A DNA stretch of 46,554 nucleotides from a virus: IMG/VR virus record IMGVR_UViG_3300031707_000031; one strand, 5' to 3'. Positions 26,102 to 35,425 of this stretch are shown here, one piece after another. The position numbers and the translations under genes were made by a program. Every line of letters begins with the position of its first letter. The first letter of the stretch is position 1. The notes below the pieces were generated by a model. The model saw nothing but the letters and a program-made list of their open reading frames with translations, was not told where the DNA came from and did not search any database.

Positions 26102-27313
26102 TTAGGTAATTGTGTTTACTGTCTTCACGTTCGCTATTAGATTAGTATTTATGCTTTTTATATTCGCCCTAACATTAGTGTTATATGTTTTAATATTGGA
26201 TGTAGCTGGGACATAAGCAACCATTCCGACAACTGAACAACCCCTGACTGCGACGGCATTGTTTTCCACGTTACCCATTTCCATCGCATCAATTCCTCCA
26301 GTTGTCCACGCAGTTGCAGTCGCTGGGTCAACAAGCGTCAATAATCCTCTTGAACTTGCTGTCGTTGTCCCATTAAAAGTTGCTGTATCAGTCGCTGATG
26401 CTCCTGACTTTATTCTTAAAAAAGTCGCTGAAGTGACAGATGTGTTTTCTCTCGTCAGCGTAACAACTTCTAAGGCTTTAATCGTTCCTGTAATCGATTT
26501 AGTCGCACAGGACTGCATATCGAAAAGAGCGATATTTGGATTTCCAGTAGTCGGCGATTGAACATACTCGGCAACGGCCGGAGGAAGTTCATTGACTTGA
26601 GTATAATCACTTGCCCCAGTTCCATTAGCCCACGACATTGTTGAGCCATTAGTAATCGGAAGAATTGATTTGACTTCAACATCTCCTGTCTGATAAGCGG
26701 CATCGTCTATGACAATATCATCATAAAAAAAGTCTACATTTTCCGCTGGGTTTGAACCAATAACATCACCAAAAAATATGCTTCCACAATTTACATTAGT
26801 CAAATCAGCATTACCTGAAAGCTCTGATGTTCCGTTTATCTTTAACTCATAAGCCGATGTCGGAGTTCCAGTCGTTACTTTGGTATCTATCCGATACCAA
26901 GTATTTACTGATAAAACTGTTGCTCCGGGAGAACCGATAATTGTTCCATTTTTATCAAAAACTGATAACTTTCCATTCTTATCCAACTTTACTTTAAACT
27001 TTAAATCGGAAGAAGTGTTATAAACACTATGAATACAAACAGGATTCGTAGTCGGTTTTACCGCATATCTGAAATAAAACTGACTATAAATAGTTGCGTG
27101 ATTAAACCCTGTTCCATTTCCAAGACCAGCAAAAGCATATAAATAAGATTGAAAATAACACGCTTCTGTCGTAACAGGGGTTATTCTTCCTGCATAAGTT
27201 CCTGTTCTGACTGTAGTAGTTGAAATAGTCGCTCCTGCTCCTGCTGAAAGAGCATCACCGATATTAAAAGTGGCGCTTCCAAATTCAAAACCTGTAAAAC
27301 AAATTAAAGCCAT
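26102..27313 (-). CDS. fibre/receptor-binding-type structural protein (403 aa)
   Basis: Beta-rich, LamG/jelly-roll-like composition (NTWYRIDTKV) with C-terminal repeats NIKTYNTNVRANIKSINTNLIANVKTVN. The call is inferred from position next to the long fibre gene. Confidence 0.45.
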   Translation of the reverse strand: MALICFTGFEFGSATFNIGDALSAGAGATISTTTVRTGTYAGRITPVTTEACYFQSYLYAFAGLGNGTGFNHATIYSQFYFRYAVKPTTNPVCIHSVYNTSSDLKFKVKLDKNGKLSVFDKNGTIIGSPGATVLSVNTWYRIDTKVTTGTPTSAYELKINGTSELSGNADLTNVNCGSIFFGDVIGSNPAENVDFFYDDIVIDDAAYQTGDVEVKSILPITNGSTMSWANGTGASDYTQVNELPPAVAEYVQSPTTGNPNIALFDMQSCATKSITGTIKALEVVTLTRENTSVTSATFLRIKSGASATDTATFNGTTTASSRGLLTLVDPATATAWTTGGIDAMEMGNVENNAVAVRGCSVVGMVAYVPATSNIKTYNTNVRANIKSINTNLIANVKTVNTIT

Positions 27314-27323
27314 AAAATTTTTA

Positions 27324-30300
27324 TCAAGCTACGGTTGTTTGTGAATCACTTGACGGGAAGAACGCCAGAGTATCAGCATCTAAACCGAAGCCGACAACTC
27401 TAATTACAGCGTCCGCACCAGTCGGGATTGCTTCCTGAATTGCACCTAGAGTCTCGCCTGCGTATTGAACCGCTCCAACGGTCATATTCCAAGCGTCTAT
27501 ATGAACAAACGAGCCAGGTAAAGCAACCTTCATCGCCTCACCGTCATTCTTCGCCTCTAATGCTATTCCCATTAAACCAACGCAAGTTGCTATCGCATCA
27601 GCATCAACCTCTAACCACTTACCGCCTGTGCCGAAGAAAACTAAATCACCGACTGCTGAAGAATATCCTGCATTAAACGAATCAGTATAATTCCCTGTGC
27701 ATTGAGCATTTGTTGTTGGTAAGGTTAGCTTAACTCCACCTCCTGCTGGTAGTATTATTCCAGCCCCAGTCGCTGCCGTTATTGTATTGTCCGCAACGAT
27801 AGTATGACTTCCTGTATGTTCGCCGATATGGTCAGCTAAGGTAGTTGTTGAGTGTATTGTAGTTAAATCACTTTGTCCTGCATTTGTAATTGTGTTATCA
27901 AAAACTATTGTATGAGCTCCAGTCGTTTCTCCAATATGGTCTGCCTTCGCTGTCGTAAATGTTCCTGCTGCTGCCGTTGCTCCACCAATCGTTACCGCAT
28001 CTGCCGTGCCACCGTTTATATCCGCTATCGTTAAAACTGCCGAAGCCGAGGTTAAGACTCCAGTTGAAGCGTTGAAGGTTAAGTTGGTATTTGTCTTTAA
28101 AGGAAGAGAACCTGAAACATCAGTAACGAAAGCTATTGAACAAGAAGTATCGGCGGTTTCCGCTGCTGTTGTAACTGTTCCTGCGTTGCCCGATACAGAA
28201 GTTGGGGCTGCCATCATAGCGTGCTTATGGTCTTGTCTGGTCGCAAACGCCGAAGTTCCTAGTGCCGCCGCATCTCCAAACGCTTGCGTAGAAGGAACTG
28301 TGGCATCAAATAATGCCTTATTCGTGTAAGCCGTTTCTCCGTTGGTAATCCCAACATAATTATAAAGTCCAGAAGCAGGTGCTGTCGCTATTGGAGCTAA
28401 ACCTGCTACTGAAGTTGAAGCGGCAGGATAACCAGAACAAGACGAAAGAACTCCCGCTGTTGGAGTGCCAAGAGCAGGCGTAGTAAACGAAGGAGATATA
28501 AGAGGTGCTTTTAAAGCAAGAGCATCAAAGACTGCGTTACCAGAGGGAGCGATTGTTGTGTGTCCGTCAACAATCGAATCTTCAACCTGCGATACTATGT
28601 CAGTAGTCATCGCAACTGTTCCGTCTTTAGCTGGAAGAATATTTGTATAATCTGTCGCACTCGTATTCGCCACACTGATAATATTTCTTCCAGTAGAAGT
28701 GCCAATCATTGATATTTTATCCTTATCAAATTTCTTCTCTGCCGTGACAGTCTGCACTGTACCTAACAACATATCTCCACCACCAGCAGAAATATCAGAA
28801 GTTAAAGCTAGAGTTCCGTCTTTAGCTTGTAATATTGCAGTATAATTACTGGAAGAAGTATTAGCATTTGAGAGTGTCGTTGTCCCAGTCGAAGTGCCTT
28901 TAGTAATAATCGTGTCTTTGTCAAAAGTCTTAGCACCAGTTATTGTCTCTGCTCCTGCCGTATGAACTAATCCTATATTTGAGTTTGCCGAATTATCTCC
29001 CGTATTCGTTCCAGTTACTGAAGCTGTATCAGCCACAGTTAAAACTTTAGGTGTCGTTCCTGCTGTAATAGTAAAGCCAGTTGTTTGCGGTGCTACTGGA
29101 TTAGCTACAACAAGCGGACTAGCCCCTGTTCCTGTTCCAGTGAGAGTAGCGTCAGTCGCGACTGTTGATAAATAGTTCCCTGAAGGACTGCCAATCTGGC
29201 TAAATTTATTTCCAGTTAATAAAGTAACAGCTCTTAGTGTCCAGTTGGTAGTAAAATCAATAATAATCTTTCCAATACAAATAAGTTCTGGTGCTTGCGT
29301 TGTGAGTGTTCCTAGATTAAGCTCGCTTGGAAGTCTTAAAGCTTCTGTGTTTACAGCAGTAGTTATAGCACCAGCACTTGCGTTTGTAGCTTGAGTAATC
29401 CATTGAGGTTGAATAAATAAATATCTGTATGCTTGCGAGTTAGCCGAAGTTGTAACTGGCAAAGCATAAATCCAAACAGTCGCTGCACTATTGGCTGGCA
29501 TCAATGTCTGTCCCCAGTTCGGAGTTGAAAAAGTATTGTAGTAAGGATTGTTGGTGCTTAAAGGAATAATATCAGTTGCATCTAGAGTATAAGCACCGAC
29601 AGAAGTTCCAGTAAGATTATAGATTGTATATGTTTCAGAAGTTAAGGCAGGCAAAGTCGTTGCTAAATCTTCATCTTGAATAATAGTCTGGTCAATGTTT
29701 GGTCTTCTATCTGCCGCAGTAGTAGAACTTAAAGCATAGCTTGCTGCTGGAATCGTTCCACCAGAGCTTTTGTAAGTTCCGATAGTTTCGTGAAATTCTT
29801 GGTGGTCTTGCCAAGGCATAAAGCCGTGGCTTTCTCTTAAAGCATATTTATTCGCAGTTCCATAATAAACTGAAGCAATTAAAACTTGGTCGAATCCAGA
29901 GAAAGCGTCAGTAGTCCAGACAAAGTTAGCTCCATCATAAGAAAGAAAATAATTATGGTCGGCAGTGTTAGTGTGTGCTGTCGAAACCCAGCCATTTACA
30001 AATGTCGGATTAGCCACTGAAACATCAACTCCTTGATAATAAGCTACGAAAGCTCCAATAAGAGTTATCTTTTGAGTAGTCGGGTCATAATTTATTGTAG
30101 GCTGAACAGAAAAGCCTGTCGGCTCTTTAGTTAAAGCGTTTTGTGTTGTATTTATGTAAGCAGAATTATCAAAGCTAACGACTGTTCCGTTACCCTTTAA
30201 AAAGCCAGTTCCGTTTGTTGTTGTCGAAGTCGTTATATTATCAAAAGTAATAGAGCGATTAGGAAAGGTGTAAGACTTATTGGCACTTGCCAGTGAAGCC

Positions 30301-30824
30301 GTATTAAAACTAGCCTGAAGATTTGATGTCGGGTCTTGAATATAAACAACGCCGTTAGCTCCTGCACCTGTCTTAGTGCCTGGCACTAACTCAACGTTAC
30401 CGCCATCATTAGCACCACTACCTTTAGCATCACCGCCTTGTATTAAAATGCCAGCACCAGCACCACCAGTCGTAGTCGAACCGCCATCTCCACCAATAAT
30501 AGCGATTGTTCCGCCAGGTGCTACACCGAGTCCATCACCAGCGGAAATTACAAGATTATCTCCTCCAGTAGCCGCTGTCGTAGCGTCTTTAGTTCCAAAA
30601 GTATAAGTTGCTCCGTTGCCAACGCCGAACTTTAAGTCGGTATTAACCGCCGTTGAAACTAGGTTGGAAAGTGCGGTATTAGCACCTGTACTCGTGTCCG
30701 CTTTGTTTACGAAAGCCCCGCCTACTTTGGCGATATATTCGTTAGCGGCACTGTCAGCCAAAAGATTGAGTTCCTGTACATCCAGTACCTCGCCGTTTGT
30801 TAATTGGTCTGCTGTTCGTGCCAT
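27324..30824 (-). CDS. long tail fibre protein (1166 aa)
   Basis: Thr/Gly/Ala/Ser-rich, with internal shaft repeats GTSTGTTTLSNANTSSSNYTAILQAKDGTLALTSDI and GTSTGRNIISVANTSATDYTNILPAKDGTVAMTTDI. Confidence 0.7.
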   Translation of the reverse strand: MARTADQLTNGEVLDVQELNLLADSAANEYIAKVGGAFVNKADTSTGANTALSNLVSTAVNTDLKFGVGNGATYTFGTKDATTAATGGDNLVISAGDGLGVAPGGTIAIIGGDGGSTTTGGAGAGILIQGGDAKGSGANDGGNVELVPGTKTGAGANGVVYIQDPTSNLQASFNTASLASANKSYTFPNRSITFDNITTSTTTNGTGFLKGNGTVVSFDNSAYINTTQNALTKEPTGFSVQPTINYDPTTQKITLIGAFVAYYQGVDVSVANPTFVNGWVSTAHTNTADHNYFLSYDGANFVWTTDAFSGFDQVLIASVYYGTANKYALRESHGFMPWQDHQEFHETIGTYKSSGGTIPAASYALSSTTAADRRPNIDQTIIQDEDLATTLPALTSETYTIYNLTGTSVGAYTLDATDIIPLSTNNPYYNTFSTPNWGQTLMPANSAATVWIYALPVTTSANSQAYRYLFIQPQWITQATNASAGAITTAVNTEALRLPSELNLGTLTTQAPELICIGKIIIDFTTNWTLRAVTLLTGNKFSQIGSPSGNYLSTVATDATLTGTGTGASPLVVANPVAPQTTGFTITAGTTPKVLTVADTASVTGTNTGDNSANSNIGLVHTAGAETITGAKTFDKDTIITKGTSTGTTTLSNANTSSSNYTAILQAKDGTLALTSDISAGGGDMLLGTVQTVTAEKKFDKDKISMIGTSTGRNIISVANTSATDYTNILPAKDGTVAMTTDIVSQVEDSIVDGHTTIAPSGNAVFDALALKAPLISPSFTTPALGTPTAGVLSSCSGYPAASTSVAGLAPIATAPASGLYNYVGITNGETAYTNKALFDATVPSTQAFGDAAALGTSAFATRQDHKHAMMAAPTSVSGNAGTVTTAAETADTSCSIAFVTDVSGSLPLKTNTNLTFNASTGVLTSASAVLTIADINGGTADAVTIGGATAAAGTFTTAKADHIGETTGAHTIVFDNTITNAGQSDLTTIHSTTTLADHIGEHTGSHTIVADNTITAATGAGIILPAGGGVKLTLPTTNAQCTGNYTDSFNAGYSSAVGDLVFFGTGGKWLEVDADAIATCVGLMGIALEAKNDGEAMKVALPGSFVHIDAWNMTVGAVQYAGETLGAIQEAIPTGADAVIRVVGFGLDADTLAFFPSSDSQTTVA

Positions 30825-30826
30825 AT

Positions 30827-31468
30827 TTAAAGCTTAATATTTAAACCAAGATTCCGATAATGTATGTTGAGACGTTCCCTGTAAATTCCTAAGCGAACAT
30901 CCTCTTGCCGATTGTTTAGTGCCTTTTCGTTTAAAAAAATTTCCTTGTTACGTAATTCTTCCTTTTTAGTTCTGTCTTTCTCGTCTTCTGTTTTTAAAAA
31001 TTTTTCCTGCTCAGAAATTTTGACAAGATTCTCGTTCATCTTTTCCTGAAGTTTATCAAAAAAGATTTTACCTTCTTTAATATTGTTTTTAACCAGTTCA
31101 AGCTTTTTAGTTTCTTCATCATATTTTTTTCTTATTTCTAATAATAAAATATTAATGTCTGAAATGTTTTTTTCTATTTTATTTTTTGTGTCTATCAGCT
31201 TCGTCTCTTCGTTTTTATAATCATTAAATTCTTGTTTATTCCGAGAAATAGTTTCACTCTGTGCCAGTATTTCCATTGCTAAAAAATTATTGTTAGTAAC
31301 CAGTTCGTTATTTTTTTCCCGCAAATAAATATTTTTGTCTTCCAGTTTGTTTATCTCTTGCTTAAAATCCGACAGATTGCTTCCAATGCTTTCGCAATTT
31401 TCTCGAAGTTCTTTTGTCTTAGCCTGATATTCCCGCTGTAAGAGAATGTCGTGCAATCTGTTAAACAT
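30827..31468 (-). CDS. coiled-coil protein (213 aa), visibly AT-rich gene
   Basis: Lys/Glu/Asn-rich heptad-like sequence throughout; its composition contrasts with the flanking structural genes. Confidence 0.5.
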   Translation of the reverse strand: MFNRLHDILLQREYQAKTKELRENCESIGSNLSDFKQEINKLEDKNIYLREKNNELVTNNNFLAMEILAQSETISRNKQEFNDYKNEETKLIDTKNKIEKNISDINILLLEIRKKYDEETKKLELVKNNIKEGKIFFDKLQEKMNENLVKISEQEKFLKTEDEKDRTKKEELRNKEIFLNEKALNNRQEDVRLGIYRERLNIHYRNLGLNIKL

Positions 31469-31470
31469 AT

Positions 31471-31866
31471 TTAAGCGTTATCAACGGCTGTAATTGTTAT
31501 TGTCACTTTACCAGCAGAGTATGCCGTAATATTAAAAGTCAACCAGTCAATACCATTGATGTTCGCCTCATACAGCCTGCAAACATCCGTTCCAGTCGTG
31601 ACGACTCCAGTCGCTCCACGCACGGGAGCGGAGCTATCAGCAAGATTCGCTAATTCTATGTAATCCCAGGCGTTAGTCGGCGATTGAGCCGATGCAAATG
31701 CCGCCGCATCGTCACCGATTGAGCCGACGCATTTTACGGTAGAATTAGAACTATCGCTTGTGGCGATACAGATAACACAATTTCTAAAATCCTTAACGTC
31801 AATAAAGTTGCCTATACCAGTCGCCGCTTTTGCACTCATTATTGTATAAATTTTTCGATTACGCAT
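31471..31866 (-). CDS. structural protein, paralogue B (131 aa)
   Basis: Clearly homologous along its whole length to 31910-32302 (MRNRKIYTI..., SPTNAWDY, VDWLTFN, VTIT..VDNA). Confidence 0.6.
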   Translation of the reverse strand: MRNRKIYTIMSAKAATGIGNFIDVKDFRNCVICIATSDSSNSTVKCVGSIGDDAAAFASAQSPTNAWDYIELANLADSSAPVRGATGVVTTGTDVCRLYEANINGIDWLTFNITAYSAGKVTITITAVDNA

Positions 31867-31883
31867 AGTTATTTATTTTATTT

Positions 31884-31901
31884 TATCTGCTAAGGCAGAC
31901 A
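31884..31901 (-). promoter_or_regulatory. conserved RNA hairpin UGUCUGC-CUUA-GCAGAUA, copy 2
   Basis: On the minus strand, 7-bp stem with the same G.U as copy 1 at 10834-10855; 17 nt upstream of ATG 31866. Confidence 0.5.
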
Positions 31902-31909
31902 AAATTTAA

Positions 31910-32302
31910 TTAAGCATTATCGACTAAGGTTGCCGTGATAGTCACCGCACCCGCAGTCCAGTCTAAATTAAACGTTAACCAATCAACGCCATTGACGTTG
32001 ACTTCATAAGAGTTACAAACATCCGCTCCGGTTGAAGAAACGCCAGTCACTCCGCGCACGGGAGACGAACTATTTGATAAATCTGCCAGCTCTAAATAGT
32101 CCCAAGCATTAGTTGGTGATTGAGTCGCCGCAAAATCTGGGGCGGTGTCGCCGATTGCTCCGACACAATAAGCAGTAAATGTTGATGTGCCGCTGCTAGA
32201 GATGGTAACAACGCAATTTCTGAAATCCCTGACGTCAAGAATATTGCCGATTCCATCCGCTACCGCTGCACTGAAGATTGTATAAATTTTTCGATTACGC
32301 AT
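31910..32302 (-). CDS. structural protein, paralogue A (130 aa)
   Basis: Tandem paralogue of 31471-31866; the first 26 nt of the two genes are identical. Confidence 0.6.
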   Translation of the reverse strand: MRNRKIYTIFSAAVADGIGNILDVRDFRNCVVTISSSGTSTFTAYCVGAIGDTAPDFAATQSPTNAWDYLELADLSNSSSPVRGVTGVSSTGADVCNSYEVNVNGVDWLTFNLDWTAGAVTITATLVDNA

Positions 32303-32331
32303 ATTAAGTTGTTAGATTAATAATCACTACA

Positions 32332-32356
32332 AGAGCGGCAATTTTTTTGCCGCTCT
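32332..32356 (-). terminator. 9-bp hairpin AGAGCGGCA-7 nt-TGCCGCTCT
   Basis: Perfect stem read directly. It lacks a flanking U-tract (the T/A run is in the loop), so its function as a terminator is uncertain. Confidence 0.3.
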
Positions 32357-32481
32357 AAAGTAGTTATTAAGTTCTTCCTTGGTCAACTATCGGTGTTTCT
32401 TCGACCGCTGGAGTCTCGACAGCTGGTGTCTCAACTTCAGGGTCTAAAATTGTCTCTTCCATTTTAGTCAGGATTAATTAA

Positions 32482-32652
32482 TTAGACAAATATTTTCTTT
32501 ATAAACTTTATTTTCTTAAAGTTTATAGAAAAAAGAAACAAACGTCCGTTTTTGCCAGTGTCGTAATTTCTCGCCTTTAAACAACCAAAGCCAAAAACCG
32601 CTCCCTCTAATTCCTGTTTATTATATGCCTTCAATTTTTTAAATATCGGCAT
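32482..32652 (-). CDS. hypothetical small protein (56 aa, below ORF-track cut-off)
   Basis: Hand translation MPIFKKLKAYNKQELEGAVFGFGCLKARNYDTGKNG... Confidence 0.3.
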   Translation of the reverse strand: MPIFKKLKAYNKQELEGAVFGFGCLKARNYDTGKNGRLFLFSINFKKIKFIKKIFV

Positions 32653-32658
32653 AAAAGA

Positions 32659-32886
32659 TTATTTATTTTTTACTTTTTCCCAAATAGCCGTAACCTTGCC
32701 ATGAACATAATCCAATTCTTCCATGATGGCAGTAATGTCGATGTTCCCAGCTTCAGTAAAACCAACCCCGCCGCAACTCGAACATGGATTCTCTTCTATC
32801 TCCTCTTCAGTAACTGGTGCTACTCCATGAAAAACTCCTGTCGTAAGGCATCGTGGACAATTAATGTAATACTTTGTTTCGCTCAT
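32659..32886 (-). CDS. small zinc-finger protein (75 aa)
   Basis: CPRC ... CSSCGGVG (a CxxC pair plus the DnaJ-type CxxCxGxG pattern). Confidence 0.5.
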   Translation of the reverse strand: MSETKYYINCPRCLTTGVFHGVAPVTEEEIEENPCSSCGGVGFTEAGNIDITAIMEELDYVHGKVTAIWEKVKNK

Positions 32887-32914
32887 AAATTTTGCATTAG
32901 TAAATAATTTGTTC

Positions 32915-32937
32915 CAGGGGAGATAAAATCTCCCCTG
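32915..32937 (-). other. perfect 10-bp hairpin CAGGGGAGAT-AAA-ATCTCCCCTG
   Basis: Read directly; lies just downstream of the stop of 32951-33943 and has no U-tract. Confidence 0.85.
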
Positions 32938-32950
32938 AGCAAAGTATCTA

Positions 32951-33943
32951 TTAAGAAGTAGTAGCTAATGTTCCGCCGTTAAAACCATTGTAGTTGTTGA
33001 TAAAGCTGTAAGAACCGCCACCGCTTAAATCGGTAGTAGTCGTATTAACAACAGCCATATTGTTTCTTGTCGCACTTCCGCCGCCAATCGTAATGCAGTT
33101 CGTAATAGTGCTTGTCGCACCACCGCCGCCGTTAGCAGCCATGATGTCGTTATCATTAACCTGTCCTTTGTAGGAAATGTTATAGATAACGCTGGTAATG
33201 GTGTTGCCATCGCCAATCATGAAATTATTGTGCAGCACTTTCGCCCAAGTATTGCTTGAGCCGATATTAATGACCGAAGAAAATGTCAGGTCAGAAACAG
33301 CAGACGCAAAGGTGTTTCTCTCAAAGCAGAGGAATGAGCTTGAAGACGCTGAAGCATCAATAGAAGGAACGCCACTGGTAGTTGTCGCATACAAGCCAAA
33401 GTGATTGTGATGAATGTGTGTGCAGTCGGCAACGCCACCGCTCATCATAACAAAGCTTTGGTTGTTGTAGTTCTTGCAATAGAAGCCAGCAACTTCGCAG
33501 TTTCCGCCAGAAAGGAAAATCGCATCGTCATCAGCAACCATGTGCAATTTTACGGCACTGTTGCTGCCAACTTCCTGTTTGTTCGATAAATAATCGAAAC
33601 CAAGCAGGTGGACGCTTCTTTTGCTCATCGTCAGTTTTACCGCCAAGTCGTAGTCGTTGTTTGACGGCATGACTAAGACATAATCATTTCTGCCAGCAAG
33701 ACAAGCATCTAATGCGGCTTGAATCGCTAAATTATCAGTGTCGGCACTTTTCGTTGTGACATAAACTCGTGGCACTCCATCGCTATCCACTGGAAACTCG
33801 TTCATTATATCGGATGTCCACGCATCTTCAGCGTGACAAACGAAAAATATTTTTCCCAAAGTAGCAGGAAGCATTCTCGAAATAGCACCATAGCGGCTAT
33901 TTTGAAATCCGTTTAACATAATTGTAAATTCTTCGATAGCCAC
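32951..33943 (-). CDS. beta-helix repeat protein next to the capsid gene (322-330 aa)
   Basis: The ORF-track start at 33943 is GTG; the first ATG is at 33919 (MLNGFQNSRYG). Contains Asn/Gly-rich repeats (HNHFGLY, ERNTFAS, LHNNFMIGDGN, IGGGSATRNN). Confidence 0.55.
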   Translation of the reverse strand: MAIEEFTIMLNGFQNSRYGAISRMLPATLGKIFFVCHAEDAWTSDIMNEFPVDSDGVPRVYVTTKSADTDNLAIQAALDACLAGRNDYVLVMPSNNDYDLAVKLTMSKRSVHLLGFDYLSNKQEVGSNSAVKLHMVADDDAIFLSGGNCEVAGFYCKNYNNQSFVMMSGGVADCTHIHHNHFGLYATTTSGVPSIDASASSSSFLCFERNTFASAVSDLTFSSVINIGSSNTWAKVLHNNFMIGDGNTITSVIYNISYKGQVNDNDIMAANGGGGATSTITNCITIGGGSATRNNMAVVNTTTTDLSGGGSYSFINNYNGFNGGTLATTS

Positions 33944-34052
33944 CGACCAGCCAGTATCACCTCAAGCGAGGGATTTACCCTATCGTTAAATTATTAAGAT
34001 TTTTTAAAATTATTTTACCTAATTAGTAATCTTAATTATTTAAAGTTTTGGC

Positions 34053-34079
34053 TAGAGGGGAGAGATTACCTCCCCTCTA
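34053..34079 (-). other. perfect 10-bp hairpin TAGAGGGGAG-7 nt-CTCCCCTCTA downstream of the capsid gene
   Basis: Read directly; 46 nt past the capsid stop. It has no U-tract, so it may be a transcript-stabilising or termination element. Confidence 0.85.
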
Positions 34080-34105
34080 CTTGCGTCTGCCGAACCAAAT
34101 TTATA

Positions 34106-34117
34106 TCTAATATTAGC
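34106..34117. promoter_or_regulatory. operator-like site TCTAATATTAGC (isolated copy outside the control region)
   Basis: TATCTAATATTAGC here is identical to the copy at 44084-44097. Confidence 0.45.
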
Positions 34118-34124
34118 CTAAAAA

Positions 34125-34900
34125 TCAGGCACTTCCGTCACCCTTCGAAAGTTTCAGCCAAACGCCAGATACTGTGCAGATTCCGTAACCACATCTGACC
34201 CCAAATTGCCAATCGTCGGTGCTAAATTCATCTCCGTTATTTCCTTCAGACGGACTTTTCAATCTCGGCTCTTCAGCGACGCCAAGATAAAGAGAAGAAT
34301 TAGCCGAAGACGCTAAACCCCAATAATATCTCTTTGTCGAATCTACCGCTCCTGCCGCAGTTGTGGCGACACGAGGAAGAATGACGTGGCGATATTTGGA
34401 TTTATAAACGTTGACAACATTTGAATTCATACCAGTAAGGTCGGCAGTGGATTGCAGATACTCTTTGGCAGTGTTGACGGTGTTCGGGTCGTCAGTTGTC
34501 CAGAGAATATCGAATTCCATTACCATCTTTTCACCAAATTGGTTCAAAGTCTCTTCAGCAACGAGTCTCTCCATTCCCTCTAACGCACCCTTAGATAACT
34601 TCGGGTTATTAGCAAGAATGTTGCGATAAGTTGCGGTTGTTCCTCTCAAATAGTGACCAGTGGAGGCCAAGCAAAGAGTATCGCCAGTTGCAATATCAAT
34701 TGTGTTGGAATCCATATCGGTATAAGTAGTTGCTGTTGCGAAGGTTAAGCGATGAGACAAATCTAAATCCATTCTGCGTGCAGCTTGAGCGGCATTGCCA
34801 GTCAAGCGAGCAACAACTTCAGGATATTTATTCTGTGTTCTCATTTCATAGGTGATTCCGATGTCCATAGCAACACGTTTTATTGTCATGGTCTTGCTAT
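34125..34900 (-). CDS. major capsid protein, exon 3 (C-terminal 258 codons plus 2 nt)
   Basis: The frame stays open upstream of M34889 (..SKTMTIKRVAMDIGITYEM...). Position after scaffold and decoration genes. It possibly resembles the Mu gpT head-subunit family, from memory and unverified. Confidence 0.7.
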
Positions 34901-34927
34901 CAAATTTGTTACTATTTCTTACTGAAT

Positions 34928-34956
34928 TTGACTATTTTATGTCATAGTGTTAGAAT
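34928..34956 (+). promoter_or_regulatory. early-type promoter TTGACT-17 nt-TAGAAT driving the antisense HNH gene
   Basis: TTGACT at 34928-34933 and TAGAAT at 34951-34956. The ATG at 34964 lies 8 nt after the -10, so the mRNA is leaderless or nearly so. Confidence 0.55.
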
Positions 34957-34963
34957 TAACACT

Positions 34964-35425
34964 ATGAAATTATATAAAAATCGTGATTGGCTCTATACGA
35001 TGTATGTTGATAAAGATTTAAGTCAGCGAGAAATTGCTAAATTATGTGACATAAATCAATCAATAATACATCGTGCTTTGGTTAGGTTCAGCATCCCAAG
35101 AAGGAAGTTCTGCGGTCGTTCAGGAATCCATTGTCATCTTTATAAAGGGGGAAAGTCCAGAACTACCCAAGGATATATACACATCCTTTTAAAGGGTCAC
35201 CCTCGGACTAATTGCAAAAACTATGTTCCTGAGCAAGTCCTTGTCGTAGAAAAGCATCTTGGTCGTTATCTTTCTAAAGAAAATGCAATCCACCATATCA
35301 ACGAAATTAAGGACGACAATCGGATAGAAAATCTTTATTTATTTCCGTCCGAGTCAGAACATCAGCGTTATCATCAGAAATTTAGAAAGGGAACGATGCC
35401 GTTAATCACTAAGTCAAATTTGTAA
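34964..35425 (+). CDS. HNH homing endonuclease (HNH_3-like, 153 aa) with an N-terminal HTH
   Basis: AIHHINEIKDDNRIENLYLFPSESEHQRYH is the HNH motif, and LSQREIAKLCDINQSIIHRAL is an HTH. The ORF-track start at 34883 overlaps capsid exon 3 and is rejected. Confidence 0.8.
   Translation: MKLYKNRDWLYTMYVDKDLSQREIAKLCDINQSIIHRALVRFSIPRRKFCGRSGIHCHLYKGGKSRTTQGYIHILLKGHPRTNCKNYVPEQVLVVEKHLGRYLSKENAIHHINEIKDDNRIENLYLFPSESEHQRYHQKFRKGTMPLITKSNL

Noticed and set aside
14487-30837. Numerous 60-107-aa plus-strand ORFs inside the structural arm (for example 14487, 15330, 17176, 21379, 26259, 28006, 30376, 30616)
   Set aside because: All are antisense to, and fully nested in, long minus-strand genes. They have low-complexity Pro/Ser/Ala compositions typical of shadows, and no start context like that of real plus-strand genes.
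27324-32302. Diversity-generating retroelement targeting fibre genes or paralogues
   Set aside because: No reverse transcriptase is present and there is no template/variable repeat pair with adenine-specific differences. The paralogues differ at all base types.
34883-34963. N-terminal 27-aa extension of the antisense HNH ORF (ORF-track start 34883)
   Set aside because: It would overlap capsid exon 3 and precede the promoter. The ATG at 34964 follows TTGACT-17-TAGAAT and begins the recognisable HTH domain. Upstream extensions were trimmed in the same way at 3965, 6513, 6745, 7494 and 12618.
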